Shown here piece by piece: positions 46,429 through 55,806 of a stretch of 64,000 nucleotides of DNA (positions are counted from its first letter, which is position 1; the number at the start of each line of letters is the position of its first letter). Location: NCBI GenBank assembly GCA_934646185.1, contig CAKUEH010000001.1:168345-232344 (forward strand). The letters are read 5' to 3'. The notes under the pieces are model-generated. The model was not told the origin of the DNA. It saw only the letters and a list, made by a program, of their open reading frames with translations, and did no database searches. Source of the DNA: an uncultured Oscillospiraceae bacterium. GTDB taxonomy: Bacteria; Bacillota; Clostridia; Oscillospirales; Oscillospiraceae. A program made the translations under genes and the position numbers.

Positions 46429-47202
46429 ATGCTCCACAATTATCACACGCACACATTCCGCAACCATCACACGCGCGGCACGGAGCGCGAATATATTGAG
46501 TCCGCCATTCAGAACGGCTTCCGGACGCTCGGCTTTTCCGAGCATGCGCCATACCGGTTTCCGGACGGCTTTGTCTCCTATTTTCATATGTTCCCGGAGG
46601 ATCTGGGGGATTATATCCGGACGCTTCTGGCGCTGAAGGAGGAATACGCCGGACGCATCGAGATTTTGATCGGCTATGAGGCCGAGTATTATCCCCGCTT
46701 CTTCGATGATCTGCTCACGCGCATCACACAGTATCCCGTTGACTATCTGCTGCTGGGGCAGCATTACATCCATAACGAGATCGACGGCGTCTATGTCTAC
46801 GAACCGACGGACGACCCCGATGTTCTTAAAACTTATGTCAACCAGTGTATCTCGGCTCTGAAGACCGGACTGTACACATATCTGGCCCATCCGGATCTGA
46901 TCAACTTCACCGGCTCCGACACGCTCTACCGCTCGGAAATGGAGCGGCTGTGCCTTGCCGCGAAGGAGTTAAACATTCCGCTGGAACTCAATCTGCTGGG
47001 GCTGCGCGCAGACCGCACGTATCCCTCGGCGCGCTTTTTCCATATCGCAAAGGCCTGCGGCAACACGATCGTCGCCGGTATCGACGCGCACGACCCGGAC
47101 TGCTTTTTCCAGCCCGAAACATTCGCGCCCTATCAGGCGCTCGTCTCGGAATGCGGTCTTACCGTAACGGACGACATTACGCTCCGGCCCGTTCACAGGT
47201 AG
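46429..47202 (+). CDS. PHP-family histidinol-phosphatase (HisJ/HisK type)
   Basis: MLHNYHTHTFRNHHTRG...GFSEHAPY...GYEAEY...YLAHPD motifs. Confidence 0.8.
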   Translation: MLHNYHTHTFRNHHTRGTEREYIESAIQNGFRTLGFSEHAPYRFPDGFVSYFHMFPEDLGDYIRTLLALKEEYAGRIEILIGYEAEYYPRFFDDLLTRITQYPVDYLLLGQHYIHNEIDGVYVYEPTDDPDVLKTYVNQCISALKTGLYTYLAHPDLINFTGSDTLYRSEMERLCLAAKELNIPLELNLLGLRADRTYPSARFFHIAKACGNTIVAGIDAHDPDCFFQPETFAPYQALVSECGLTVTDDITLRPVHR

Positions 47203-47272
47203 GCGCTTCACCGGTATATATTTTCATATCCGCGCAGAAACTAGAGCAAACATGATCTGGTGAGGTGCTGGT

Positions 47273-48268
47273 ATGAAAATCGCGTTTTTTGACGCCAAGC
47301 CATATGACAAGCCGGGCTTTGACGCCTATTCCGCCGGGACAGGGCTGGAGATCAAGTACTTTGAGACGAAGCTCAATGCAGACACGGTCTCTCTGGCTGC
47401 GGGGTTCGACGGCGTGTGCGTGTTCGTCAACGATACGCTGAACGAAACAGTCGTCGATACGCTGTACGCGCTTGGCGTCCGGGCCGTTGCCCTTCGCTGC
47501 GCGGGCTTCAACAACGTGGATATCCGGGCCTGCTTCGGAAAGCTCCGTGTGTTCCGTGTTCCGGCCTACTCTCCGTATGCCGTGGCAGAGCACGCAATGG
47601 CGCTGCTGCTCACGGTCAACCGGCATACCAACAAGGCGTATATCCGCACCCGCGACTTTAATTTCAGCCTCGCCGGGCTCACGGGCTTCGATCTGCACGG
47701 CAAGACTGCCGGTGTTGTGGGAACCGGCAAGATTGGCCGCACGTTTGCCGGGATCTGCGCGGGCTTCGGCATGCGCGTTCTGGCGTATGACAAATTCCCG
47801 GCCCAGGACAGCGGCCTGACCTACGTGACGCTGCCGGAGCTTCTGGCGCAGGCGGATGTGATCTCGCTCCACTGCCCGCTTACCGGCGAGACGCGGCACA
47901 TGATCGGCGCTGACGCCATCGCCGGGATGAAGACGGGCGTCGTGATCGTCAACACCTCCAGAGGCGCGCTGATCGACACGGAGGCGCTCATCGACGGGCT
48001 CAAACGCCGCAAAATCGGCGCGGCGTGTCTGGATGTCTACGAGGAGGAGTCGGATCTGTTCTACGAGGACCGGTCTGACAGCATCATTGAAGACGATATG
48101 CTGGTTCGGCTGATCTCCATGCCCAACGTGATCGTAACGTCGCATCAGGCGTTTCTGACGAAAGAGGCGCTGAACAACATCGCGGCTGCCACGGTGGAAA
48201 ATCTGCTGAGATTCAAGCGCGGAGAACCAGCTCCGGACACGGAGGTCTGTTTCCGCTGCGCTCAATAG
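47273..48268 (+). CDS. ldhA: D-isomer-specific 2-hydroxyacid dehydrogenase (D-lactate dehydrogenase-like)
   Basis: MKIAFFDAKPYD..., GVVGTGKIGR NAD motif, and the R/E/H catalytic triad context (SRG...VTSHQA). Confidence 0.8.
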   Translation: MKIAFFDAKPYDKPGFDAYSAGTGLEIKYFETKLNADTVSLAAGFDGVCVFVNDTLNETVVDTLYALGVRAVALRCAGFNNVDIRACFGKLRVFRVPAYSPYAVAEHAMALLLTVNRHTNKAYIRTRDFNFSLAGLTGFDLHGKTAGVVGTGKIGRTFAGICAGFGMRVLAYDKFPAQDSGLTYVTLPELLAQADVISLHCPLTGETRHMIGADAIAGMKTGVVIVNTSRGALIDTEALIDGLKRRKIGAACLDVYEEESDLFYEDRSDSIIEDDMLVRLISMPNVIVTSHQAFLTKEALNNIAAATVENLLRFKRGEPAPDTEVCFRCAQ

Positions 48269-48282
48269 CCATATAAGCCAAA

Positions 48283-48315
48283 ACCGCGCTGGCAAAGCCA
48301 GCGCGGTCAATTTTA
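48283..48315. terminator. Terminator hairpin between convergent genes
   Basis: ACCGCGCTGG CAAAG CCAGCGCGGT. Confidence 0.65.
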
Positions 48316-48322
48316 TCCAGAA

Positions 48323-49648
48323 TTACTTCTGCCGCCCGCTTTCCCGATTCTCCAGCATCGCCCATGCGATCAGGAAAAACGGAGTTGAAAGGCACATGGA
48401 GATCCCGAAAAACGCCTGTACACAGTAGCCGAGCACGGCGCTGCCGCAGATGAGCACAGCGGGCTGTTCCCCTGCCCGTCGGACAAACCGGACGGCAGAG
48501 CACCCGAGCGCACCGAGCCAGCAGAGCAGCGCAAATATCCCCTGATTGGCAAGGATGTTCAGATATTCATTGTGCGCCGCATCGATACCGGTACGGATCA
48601 CGGTGTTCCTCGCTTCATCATAGCGCTCGAAATACGCCGTGATGCGCCGGGACAGCGTATCTGGCCCGCCGCCGAACAGCGGACGTTCCTTCACTGCCTG
48701 CCAGACATTTTTCCAGATATAGACCCGGCCGGAGCCAAACTCATCCTCCGCGCGGCCATGCAGAAGCGCATGCGCCTCGCCGAATATGCCGGGCAGAGCC
48801 GGGAGCAGAAGCACCGCAAGAAACGCCGCAAGCAGTCCCGCGCCGATCACGAGCGCCGCCACGCGGCGCTTTTTCCCGCTGAGCGCCAGCGGGAGCGGCA
48901 GGATCAGCCCCGCCGCAATGCCGAGAAGCCCCGCGGAGACGTCCATCCAGACGCTGACGGTCAGGCACAGCGCCAGCGGCGCAAGCAGCCAGTACCGCCG
49001 GAGCTTCCACGCGCCATAGAAGAACGCAGGCATCGCCGCACACATCACAGCGGCCAGAAGGTCCGTATTGCCGATGGTTCCGAGATAGGCGCCGCTGTAG
49101 GCTTTTCCTGCGTCAGAATAGTGAAGTCCTTCCGGATACAGCCCCAACGGGTTTCCTCCCGCCAGCTGACACAGCGCAAGCAGGCAGCAAAGGCTCATGC
49201 CTGCTCCGAAGACATCGAGCATCCATTTTTTCGGGCGCGCAAGCCGTCCCAGCGGCAGAAAAACGGCGGCATACAGCGCAAGCGTCAGAAATCCCTCCCG
49301 GCGGCCAAGGCCGAGCCATGTATCCGCCTGCCATGGCGAGAGCAGCGACGAGAGCAGGCTGCACAGCACATAGCCCAGCATCAGCCATTCCGCTGGCCGG
49401 ATCGCGCGTACAAATTCCCGAAATGGAGCAAACCTGAGCTGACGCATCACGAGCAGTTCCAAGTACAGCAGGGCTGTCCCCGCGCAATATGCCAGCGTCA
49501 GGATCAAAAACAGGCGATATTTTGCCGCCGTGATCTTCGCATACCCGTCCATCCCCGGCCAGAGCAGAAATACGCTCAGCATCAGCGCAAGATAGGCGTC
49601 TGTAATTTTCTCGGCCAACAGTCTGCCGGTCTGCGTTTTTCTGCGCAT
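48323..49648 (-). CDS. O-antigen ligase-like (Wzy_C domain) polytopic membrane protein
   Basis: 441 aa, about 11 TM segments, with a loop bearing GSGRVYIWKNV and AHNEYLNILANQG, typical of the O-antigen ligase/polymerase family. Confidence 0.75.
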   Translation of the reverse strand: MRRKTQTGRLLAEKITDAYLALMLSVFLLWPGMDGYAKITAAKYRLFLILTLAYCAGTALLYLELLVMRQLRFAPFREFVRAIRPAEWLMLGYVLCSLLSSLLSPWQADTWLGLGRREGFLTLALYAAVFLPLGRLARPKKWMLDVFGAGMSLCCLLALCQLAGGNPLGLYPEGLHYSDAGKAYSGAYLGTIGNTDLLAAVMCAAMPAFFYGAWKLRRYWLLAPLALCLTVSVWMDVSAGLLGIAAGLILPLPLALSGKKRRVAALVIGAGLLAAFLAVLLLPALPGIFGEAHALLHGRAEDEFGSGRVYIWKNVWQAVKERPLFGGGPDTLSRRITAYFERYDEARNTVIRTGIDAAHNEYLNILANQGIFALLCWLGALGCSAVRFVRRAGEQPAVLICGSAVLGYCVQAFFGISMCLSTPFFLIAWAMLENRESGRQK

Positions 49649-49772
49649 GCCGCTTCCTCCGCTTCTGTCTCATTTATTTTATAATTTTATCAGATCCGGC
49701 ACACTTTTACAAGTGCCCGTGTCTCCGGACGCGCCTCGTCCGGCCGTTTTGCATTTCATTCGCAGGTTGTTC

Positions 49773-49800
49773 TTGACGAAATGATTATTTTTGCTATAAT
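49773..49800 (+). promoter_or_regulatory. Candidate promoter upstream of the CNNM/CorC gene
   Basis: TTGACG, 16 nt, TATAAT. This leaves a ~195-nt leader before the TTG start. Confidence 0.5.
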
Positions 49801-50002
49801 AATCCTAATTTAATGGGAAAGGAATGAAATCAATGGATTCTGACGGCAGCGATTGTCATAGTACTCGTTTGATCTGCCATCTGTTTTTGGAAGCATATCT
49901 GCGCTGCTAGATGCAGGGCGGGCATGCTTTTTTGCGTCTTCATGGGCGCATCAGCGAATTTTACACTACAATTTCAGATGACAGAAAAGGAGTTTACGTA
50001 CA

Positions 50003-51295
50003 TTGTCTACCACCACATGCATCGTTATCATGGCAGTCTGTCTGATGCTCTCCGCCTATTTTTCGGCGACGGAAACGGCGTTTTCCTCCGCAAATTCGAC
50101 AAGGCTCAAAACGCTCGCAGAGAAAGGGAATAAACGAGCGTCGCTGGTCTGCAAGCTGCTCGAGCGCTACGACCGGCTGCTGTCCACCATCCTGATCGGC
50201 AACAACATTGTCAATATCGCAGCAGCCTCTATCGGCACGGTGCTGTTCGTTAAACACTACGGCGACGCCGGCGCCACGATCTCAACTGTCGTTGTTACGG
50301 TCGTCGTGCTGATTTTCGGCGAGATCTCGCCGAAAAGCATCGCGAAGGACTGCGCGGAATCCTGCGCCATGCTGTCCGCACCGATTCTGCAAGTCCTCAT
50401 CTGGATCTTCACACCGCTGAACGCGCTGTTTTCCCTCTGGAAAAAGCTGCTGGCAAAGGTCTTCCGTCTCAGCTCCGACAATAAAATGTCGCAGGAGGAG
50501 CTGCTGATGCTGGTTGATGAGGTACAGCAGGACGGCAGCATTGATAAAAACGAGGGAGAGCTGCTGAAAAACGCGATTGACTTTTCCGAGCAGCGCGCGG
50601 AGGACATTCTGATTCACCGCACCGACCTCGCCGCGCTCCCGATCACGGCGACGAAGGAAGAGGTTGCCGCGCTGTTCACGGAGACAAAATATTCAAGATT
50701 ACTCATCTATCAGGACTCCATCGACAACATTCTCGGCACCATCCACCAGAAGGACTTTTACGTCGGCTGCGGCGTGACGGACAAGCCGCTGCGGGACATT
50801 CTTCTGCCCCCTGTTTACGCGCTGGAGATGGAGCCCATCAGTCTGCTGCTCAAAAAGCTGCAGCAGGCCAAAACCCACGTTGCCGTCGTGGTCGATGAAT
50901 ACGGCGGCACCTGCGGCATTGTGACGATGGAAGACATCCTGGAGGAGCTGGTCGGCGAAATCTGGGATGAGCACGACGAAGAAGAGACACCTATCACCAG
51001 GGGCTCCGACGGCACATATCTGGTCGACGCCGAGATGAGCTTTGACGATTTCGCGGATCACTTCGGCCTGAGATCCGATTCGGACATGGCCTCCGTCAGC
51101 GGCTGGGTCATGGAGCAGTTTGGCCGGCTTCCCGAAACCGGCGCAGTGTTTGACTTTGAAAATCTGCATGTCACGATCACGAGGATTGCAAATCACCATA
51201 TCGAGCAGATCCGTGTTTCCACGGATACAGACGAGTCCGCAGAGCTGCCCTCCTCGTCTGAGGATCTATCCCCCACTGAAGCAGCAAGAATCTGA
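50003..51295 (+). CDS. CNNM/CorC-family (DUF21-CBS-CorC_HlyC) membrane protein
   Basis: SAYFSATETAFSS (DUF21), a CBS pair, and C-terminal CorC_HlyC (GRLPETGAVFDFENLHVTI). TTG start with AAAAGGAG 10 nt upstream. Confidence 0.85.
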   Translation: MSTTTCIVIMAVCLMLSAYFSATETAFSSANSTRLKTLAEKGNKRASLVCKLLERYDRLLSTILIGNNIVNIAAASIGTVLFVKHYGDAGATISTVVVTVVVLIFGEISPKSIAKDCAESCAMLSAPILQVLIWIFTPLNALFSLWKKLLAKVFRLSSDNKMSQEELLMLVDEVQQDGSIDKNEGELLKNAIDFSEQRAEDILIHRTDLAALPITATKEEVAALFTETKYSRLLIYQDSIDNILGTIHQKDFYVGCGVTDKPLRDILLPPVYALEMEPISLLLKKLQQAKTHVAVVVDEYGGTCGIVTMEDILEELVGEIWDEHDEEETPITRGSDGTYLVDAEMSFDDFADHFGLRSDSDMASVSGWVMEQFGRLPETGAVFDFENLHVTITRIANHHIEQIRVSTDTDESAELPSSSEDLSPTEAARI

Positions 51296-51315
51296 TTTTC
51301 ATGGGGAGCATATAT

Positions 51316-51395
51316 AAAGTATTGCCCACCGGCTATGCTGGTGGGCAATACTTTATAAAGAAAAACGCCTGAAATCATATGATTTCAGGCGTTTT
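51316..51395. terminator. Two consecutive terminator hairpins
   Basis: AAGTATTGCCCACC...GGTGGGCAATACTT, then AAAACGCCTGAAATCATATGATTTCAGGCGTTTT. They separate the CNNM gene from the convergent tRNA. Confidence 0.75.
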
Positions 51396-51396
51396 C

Positions 51397-51472
51397 TGGA
51401 GCTGCTGGGCAGATTCGAACTGCCGACCTCGTCATTACCAATGACGCGCTCTACCGACTGAGCTACAGCAGC
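51397..51472 (-). tRNA. tRNA-Thr (anticodon GGU)
   Basis: rc reads GCTGCTGTAGCTCAGTCGGTAGAGCGCGTCATTGGTAATGACGAGGTCGGCAGTTCGAATCTGCCCAGCAGCTCCA. It forms a full cloverleaf with an encoded CCA. Confidence 0.92.
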
Positions 51473-51499
51473 AAGTCTCTTTCTCAAGAGCGCTCCGTT

Positions 51500-51527
51500 A
51501 TTATAGCACAAAGTCGGGATTTGTCAA
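51500..51527 (-). promoter_or_regulatory. Promoter of tRNA-Thr
   Basis: TTGACA (rc of 51522-51527), 16 nt, TATAAT (rc of 51500-51505). Confidence 0.6.
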
Positions 51528-51733
51528 GTGGTGATTTTCGTTTTTTTATTTTTCCGTGAAAAAACGGGGCAGCAGCGAAATGTTCACAATTCCTTTTCCT
51601 GCCGTTCACACTTCGGACACGATTTGCCCGTATACTCATAATCAAGGATTTACCCAATCCTCTCTTTCTTCTCTTTTTCTTTTCTTTCTTCAAACAAAGG
51701 CCCGCAGCCGAACGGCTGCGGGTTTTTGTTTGC

Positions 51734-53008
51734 TTATTTCGTGTAGTCGAATTCAAAATCGTAGATGCTGACGGTATCGCCGTCCTCGATGCCCTGCTCT
51801 TCCAGCCGGTCGAACAGGCCGCTCTTGCGGAGCTGGCGGTCGAAGTACATGCGGGACTCGTAATCGTCGAAGTTGATGTCGTTCAGGAGCTTTTGGAGCC
51901 ACTTACCGGACACGACCCACAGATCGTCATAGTGTTCGATCTGCAGCTCGTCCGCGTCTCCTGCCTCTGCCAGAGGCTTGACGTACTCCGGCTCGTAGAT
52001 CGTGACGGGCGGAAGCGCGGCAAGCTTGCCCGCGATGGTCTTCATGAGCTCGCGCGTGCCCTGCGTCGTAGCGGCAGAGATCACGTAGAATTCATAGCCC
52101 TGCGCCTCGACGTGCGCCTTGAGCCGCTCCAGATTGTCGCTGTCCGGGGGCAGCAGATCCGCCTTGTTCGCCGCGACGAGCATGGGACGGGCCGCAAGAT
52201 CCGGCGAATACTGCCGGAGCTCCTCGTTGATCTTCTCAAAATCATCGACCGGGTCGCGGTCCTCGCTGCCGGAAACGTCGACGACGTGGACGAGCAGGCG
52301 GCAGCGGTCGATATGGCGCAGGAAATCGTGGCCGAGACCGACGCCGTCGGCCGCGCCCTCGATGATACCGGGGATATCGGCCATGACGAACGAAACGCCG
52401 TCTGCGACGTAGATGACGCCGAGGTTCGGATAGAGCGTGGTGAAGTGGTAATTTGCGATCTTCGGGTGCGCGTTGGACGTGACGGACAGGAGCGTCGATT
52501 TACCGACGTTCGGGAATCCGACAAGGCCCACGTCGGCCAGCAGCTTGAGTTCCAGAATGACGTCGTGCTCCTCGCCGGGAAGACCCGCCTTGGCAAAGCG
52601 CGGCACCTGACGGGTCGGCGTGGCGAAGTGCTGGTTGCCCCAGCCGCCTCTGCCGCCTCTGCAGAGGACGAAATCGGCGGAATCGGACATGTCCTTGACG
52701 ATCTCGTTCGTGGCAAGATCGCGCACGACGGTGCCTCTGGGCACCTTGATGATCAGGTTCTCGCCGTTCTTGCCGCGGCAGCGCTTGCCCTGCCCGTTTT
52801 CGCCGTTCGGCGCGGTATACTTGCGCTTGTAGCGGAAGTCCATCAGCGTAGACAGGTTATCGTCGACGCGCAGGACGATGGAGCCGCCGTTGCCGCCGTC
52901 GCCGCCGTCCGGGCCGCCCGCGGCCACGTATTTTTCCCGGTGGAAGGCCACAGCGCCGTTGCCGCCCGCGCCGGCCTTGACCGAGATTCTGACTTTATCA
53001 ATAAACAT
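51734..53008 (-). CDS. obg: GTPase Obg/CgtA
   Basis: MFIDKVRISVKAGAGGNGAVAFHREKY..., GFPNVGKST, and a C-terminal OCT domain. Confidence 0.95.
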   Translation of the reverse strand: MFIDKVRISVKAGAGGNGAVAFHREKYVAAGGPDGGDGGNGGSIVLRVDDNLSTLMDFRYKRKYTAPNGENGQGKRCRGKNGENLIIKVPRGTVVRDLATNEIVKDMSDSADFVLCRGGRGGWGNQHFATPTRQVPRFAKAGLPGEEHDVILELKLLADVGLVGFPNVGKSTLLSVTSNAHPKIANYHFTTLYPNLGVIYVADGVSFVMADIPGIIEGAADGVGLGHDFLRHIDRCRLLVHVVDVSGSEDRDPVDDFEKINEELRQYSPDLAARPMLVAANKADLLPPDSDNLERLKAHVEAQGYEFYVISAATTQGTRELMKTIAGKLAALPPVTIYEPEYVKPLAEAGDADELQIEHYDDLWVVSGKWLQKLLNDINFDDYESRMYFDRQLRKSGLFDRLEEQGIEDGDTVSIYDFEFDYTK

Positions 53009-53528
53009 ATGCTTCGTCTCCTTTCAGATGAAGCTCGTAAAACGCCGCGTCAAACGTCTCGCTGCCGTCAATGCGGCTGTATTGGCCGTAATGCGTCAGC
53101 TGAAAGCCGCACTTGCGCGCAACGTTTCCGGATGCCGTATTCAAAACTGCGTGGGTCAGCGCGAAATCCCGCACGCCGAGGCTGTGATACGCCCACGCAA
53201 GCATCGCCTGCGCCGCTTCTGTCGCATAACCCTGTCCCCATGCGTCGCGCCGGAGGTTGTAGCCCAGCATATGCACGCCGTCTTCGTTTTTATCCAAGCC
53301 GCCTGTGCCGATCAGCTGGCCGTTGTCCTTGCGGTAAAACCCGAATTCCAGCATATCCGGTGTGATTGACGTGATCCACGCGCGTGTATCCTCGATGCTT
53401 TTATGCAGCGGATAGGGCATATACCGGTTCACCTCCGGATCGCTGGCCCAGGCAAAGACCGCCGGCGCGTCTTCCTGTGTGATTGGCTTGAGGATCAGCC
53501 TCTGCGTTTCAATTCTCTGGTTTTCCAT
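52998..53528 (-). CDS. GNAT-family N-acetyltransferase (RimJ/RimL-like)
   Basis: TQRLILKPIT...WGQGYATEAAQAMLAWAY. It overlaps obg by 11 nt. Confidence 0.8.
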   Translation of the reverse strand: MENQRIETQRLILKPITQEDAPAVFAWASDPEVNRYMPYPLHKSIEDTRAWITSITPDMLEFGFYRKDNGQLIGTGGLDKNEDGVHMLGYNLRRDAWGQGYATEAAQAMLAWAYHSLGVRDFALTHAVLNTASGNVARKCGFQLTHYGQYSRIDGSETFDAAFYELHLKGDEAYVY

Positions 53529-54099
53529 GAAAGCTTACTTCCTCCAGCGTATGTTCCCAGATTTCCGGATAGTGCTCCTGATAATACCGCGCGCAGTCGG
53601 AATCAGGAGTCTTCCAGATCTCTTTCTTCCGGATCTCTTCGGAGATGGCCTTTTCCAGCCAAGCTCGTTTTTTTGCGAATTTCTCCGGATCGGATGCAAC
53701 GTGCTCGTAGCCCAGCAACAGGATATTGCCCGCTTCCTGCTCCCGCAGGAACGCTTCATAGGCATCCGGGATATATTCCGCGCCAAGAATGCGGACAGGC
53801 TGCGCGGATACGAACTCGTTCGGAATTTCCGTCTTTTCGTAGTCCCCTTCTTCGCAGGTGTAGATCCAGCCGGTTTTGCCCGCGTAGAGCTTTTTCAGCG
53901 CGTCGGGGAATGGATCGTCGAAATACAGCTTGCCCTGCCGGGTATAGCCGTATGCGTATTCATAATTCCGGATGAGGTAGAACAGTGCCATGGCGCGCAG
54001 GGACGTCAGACAGACCTGCGTGGGCTTGTCAAAATACGGAGACTTTCTCGGCTCGAGCATTTGCAGGCCGCCTGTCGGAGAAGCGTGATAGTATGTCAT
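53509..54099 (-). CDS. Uncharacterised 196-aa protein
   Basis: MTYYHASPTGGLQMLEPRKSPYFDKPTQVCLTS... I recognised no family. It overlaps the GNAT gene by 20 nt. GGGAGG RBS. Confidence 0.6.
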   Translation of the reverse strand: MTYYHASPTGGLQMLEPRKSPYFDKPTQVCLTSLRAMALFYLIRNYEYAYGYTRQGKLYFDDPFPDALKKLYAGKTGWIYTCEEGDYEKTEIPNEFVSAQPVRILGAEYIPDAYEAFLREQEAGNILLLGYEHVASDPEKFAKKRAWLEKAISEEIRKKEIWKTPDSDCARYYQEHYPEIWEHTLEEVSFHGKPEN

Positions 54100-54158
54100 G
54101 CCGCACCTCCCTAAGAAAAAACCCCGAACGGGACTCGTTCGGGGTTTTTACAACAAAA

Positions 54159-54440
54159 TTACTGTTCTGCGTAGACAGAGCACATCTTGCGATCCTTGCC
54201 CATACGCTCGAACTTGACCTTGCCGTCGATCAGAGCGAACAGCGTATCATCCTTGCCGATACCGACGTTGTTGCCCGGATGAATGTGCGTGCCTCTCTGA
54301 CGAACGAGGATGTTGCCAGCCAGAACGAACTGACCGTCAGCGCGCTTCGCGCCGAGTCTCTTCGATTCAGAATCACGGCCATTCTTGGTGGAGCCGCCGC
54401 CTTTCTTGTGAGCGAAGAACTGGAAACTCATATTAAGCAT
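54159..54440 (-). CDS. rpmA: 50S ribosomal protein L27 (with cleavable N-terminal extension)
   Basis: [30 protein letters not shown]... Confidence 0.95.
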   Translation of the reverse strand: MLNMSFQFFAHKKGGGSTKNGRDSESKRLGAKRADGQFVLAGNILVRQRGTHIHPGNNVGIGKDDTLFALIDGKVKFERMGKDRKMCSVYAEQ

Positions 54441-54768
54441 CGTTTTGCACCTCCAAAACTTCGATATAATCAGGATAGTCATCCCGCAGAGAACACAATG
54501 TGAGCATCATGCCGGAGAGAACCGCCTGTACGGCCTCTTCGCTTTCACACGCTGCGGGAAGGGTCAGGGTGATCCGGGCCTCGTCTTCGTTGACCTTGCA
54601 TTTGGCATGCTCGCCGAGCACATCGTTGATCGTGCACTCTGCAAGCTTGACGGCTGTGGAAACGGCTGCGCACACAATGTCGCTGCCTTCCTCTGCATAG
54701 CCGCTGTGGCCCGAACAGCAGAATCCGGTGATCCTGCCCTCGTGATCGAAAAATTCGACGCGCGTCAT
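54433..54768 (-). CDS. prp: Ribosomal-processing cysteine protease Prp
   Basis: [37 protein letters not shown]... between rplU and rpmA. Confidence 0.9.
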   Translation of the reverse strand: MTRVEFFDHEGRITGFCCSGHSGYAEEGSDIVCAAVSTAVKLAECTINDVLGEHAKCKVNEDEARITLTLPAACESEEAVQAVLSGMMLTLCSLRDDYPDYIEVLEVQNDA

Positions 54769-54771
54769 AAC

Positions 54772-55083
54772 TTACAGCGCGATCTTTTCGATCTGCACCT
54801 TGGTGTACGGCTGTCTGTGGCCCTGGAGGGACTTGGAGTCCTTCTTCGGACGGTACTTGAAGACGCGGATCTTCTTGCCCTTGCCATTCTTCAGAACCTT
54901 AGCCTCAACCTTAGCACCTGCAACTGTGGGGGTACCGAACTTGGAGTCAGCACCGTCGACAACTGCCAGAACCTGATCGAAGGTGACGGTCTGCTCAGCC
55001 TCCGCCGCGAGCTTCTCGATGTAGATCACATCGCCCTCCTTGACGTTGTACTGCTTACCGCCGGTAACGATAATAGCCTGCAT
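54772..55083 (-). CDS. rplU: 50S ribosomal protein L21
   Basis: [25 protein letters not shown]... Confidence 0.95.
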   Translation of the reverse strand: MQAIIVTGGKQYNVKEGDVIYIEKLAAEAEQTVTFDQVLAVVDGADSKFGTPTVAGAKVEAKVLKNGKGKKIRVFKYRPKKDSKSLQGHRQPYTKVQIEKIAL

Positions 55084-55197
55084 ATTCGTTTGCACCTACC
55101 TTTTCTTTCGTAGACTCGCTCTTGAGGTGTGCCGGAGCAGCTTTTGACCTCTTTAATGCGGCTTATGGATTATACCAGAGATTTTTCTCCGTGTCAA
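55084..55197 (-). promoter_or_regulatory. rplU promoter and ~75-nt leader (position of the Firmicutes L21-leader)
   Basis: TTGACA (rc of 55192-55197), 17 nt, TATAAT (rc of 55169-55174). The leader class was not verified. Confidence 0.55.
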
Positions 55198-55219
55198 ATA
55201 CTTTTTTGCGGAAAATCGC

Positions 55220-55786
55220 TTATTTTTCCGCTGCTTTGATCTTTTCCTCCGTATCCTCGCGGACCGCCTCGCGCAGCTTCGTCAGATAAGGGGAAAACGC
55301 GACGGCATCATAAGCGTATGTCCGGTTGAGATCGTATTCCAGCGGCTCCCACGAGCGGATATCAGACTCGTTGTGCTGGATGACGGCCTCGAGCTTGTCC
55401 AGCGCCTTATAGAGCTTCGCCTCCTCCGTCTGCAGCGCGCCCATCTCGGTGTAAAGCGCGGCGAGCTCCGTGTTATACGGGGCTGGGAGCGACGCGACCC
55501 AGCTAAACAGCGCGGTATCCTCCTTCTTTTCATCGCTTGCGGACTTCAAAAACGTCGGAATATCGCCGGTGAAGCACTCGCCGAGATCGTGGATCAGGCA
55601 CATTTTGATGACCTTGTCCATATCGAGCGCAGGAAATTCATCCTTCATGAAAAACGCCGTCAGCGCCAGACGCCAGCTGTGCTCGGCGACGCTTTCGCGG
55701 CGGCCTTTGCTCGTCTCGCAGTGGCGCAGCTCGTCCTTGAGGCGCTCGGCAATATGTAACACATCCAGTAATGCACGCACTTCCAT
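55220..55786 (-). CDS. HD-domain phosphohydrolase (YfbR-like 5'-nucleotidase)
   Basis: ESVAEHSWRLAL...CLIHDLGE... Confidence 0.8.
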   Translation of the reverse strand: MEVRALLDVLHIAERLKDELRHCETSKGRRESVAEHSWRLALTAFFMKDEFPALDMDKVIKMCLIHDLGECFTGDIPTFLKSASDEKKEDTALFSWVASLPAPYNTELAALYTEMGALQTEEAKLYKALDKLEAVIQHNESDIRSWEPLEYDLNRTYAYDAVAFSPYLTKLREAVREDTEEKIKAAEK

Positions 55787-55806
55787 AGAAAATCTCCCCT
55801 ATTATA

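Noticed and set aside
49801-50002. An M-box (Mg2+) riboswitch in front of the CorC/CNNM gene.
   Set aside because: None of the conserved M-box blocks are visible by eye.
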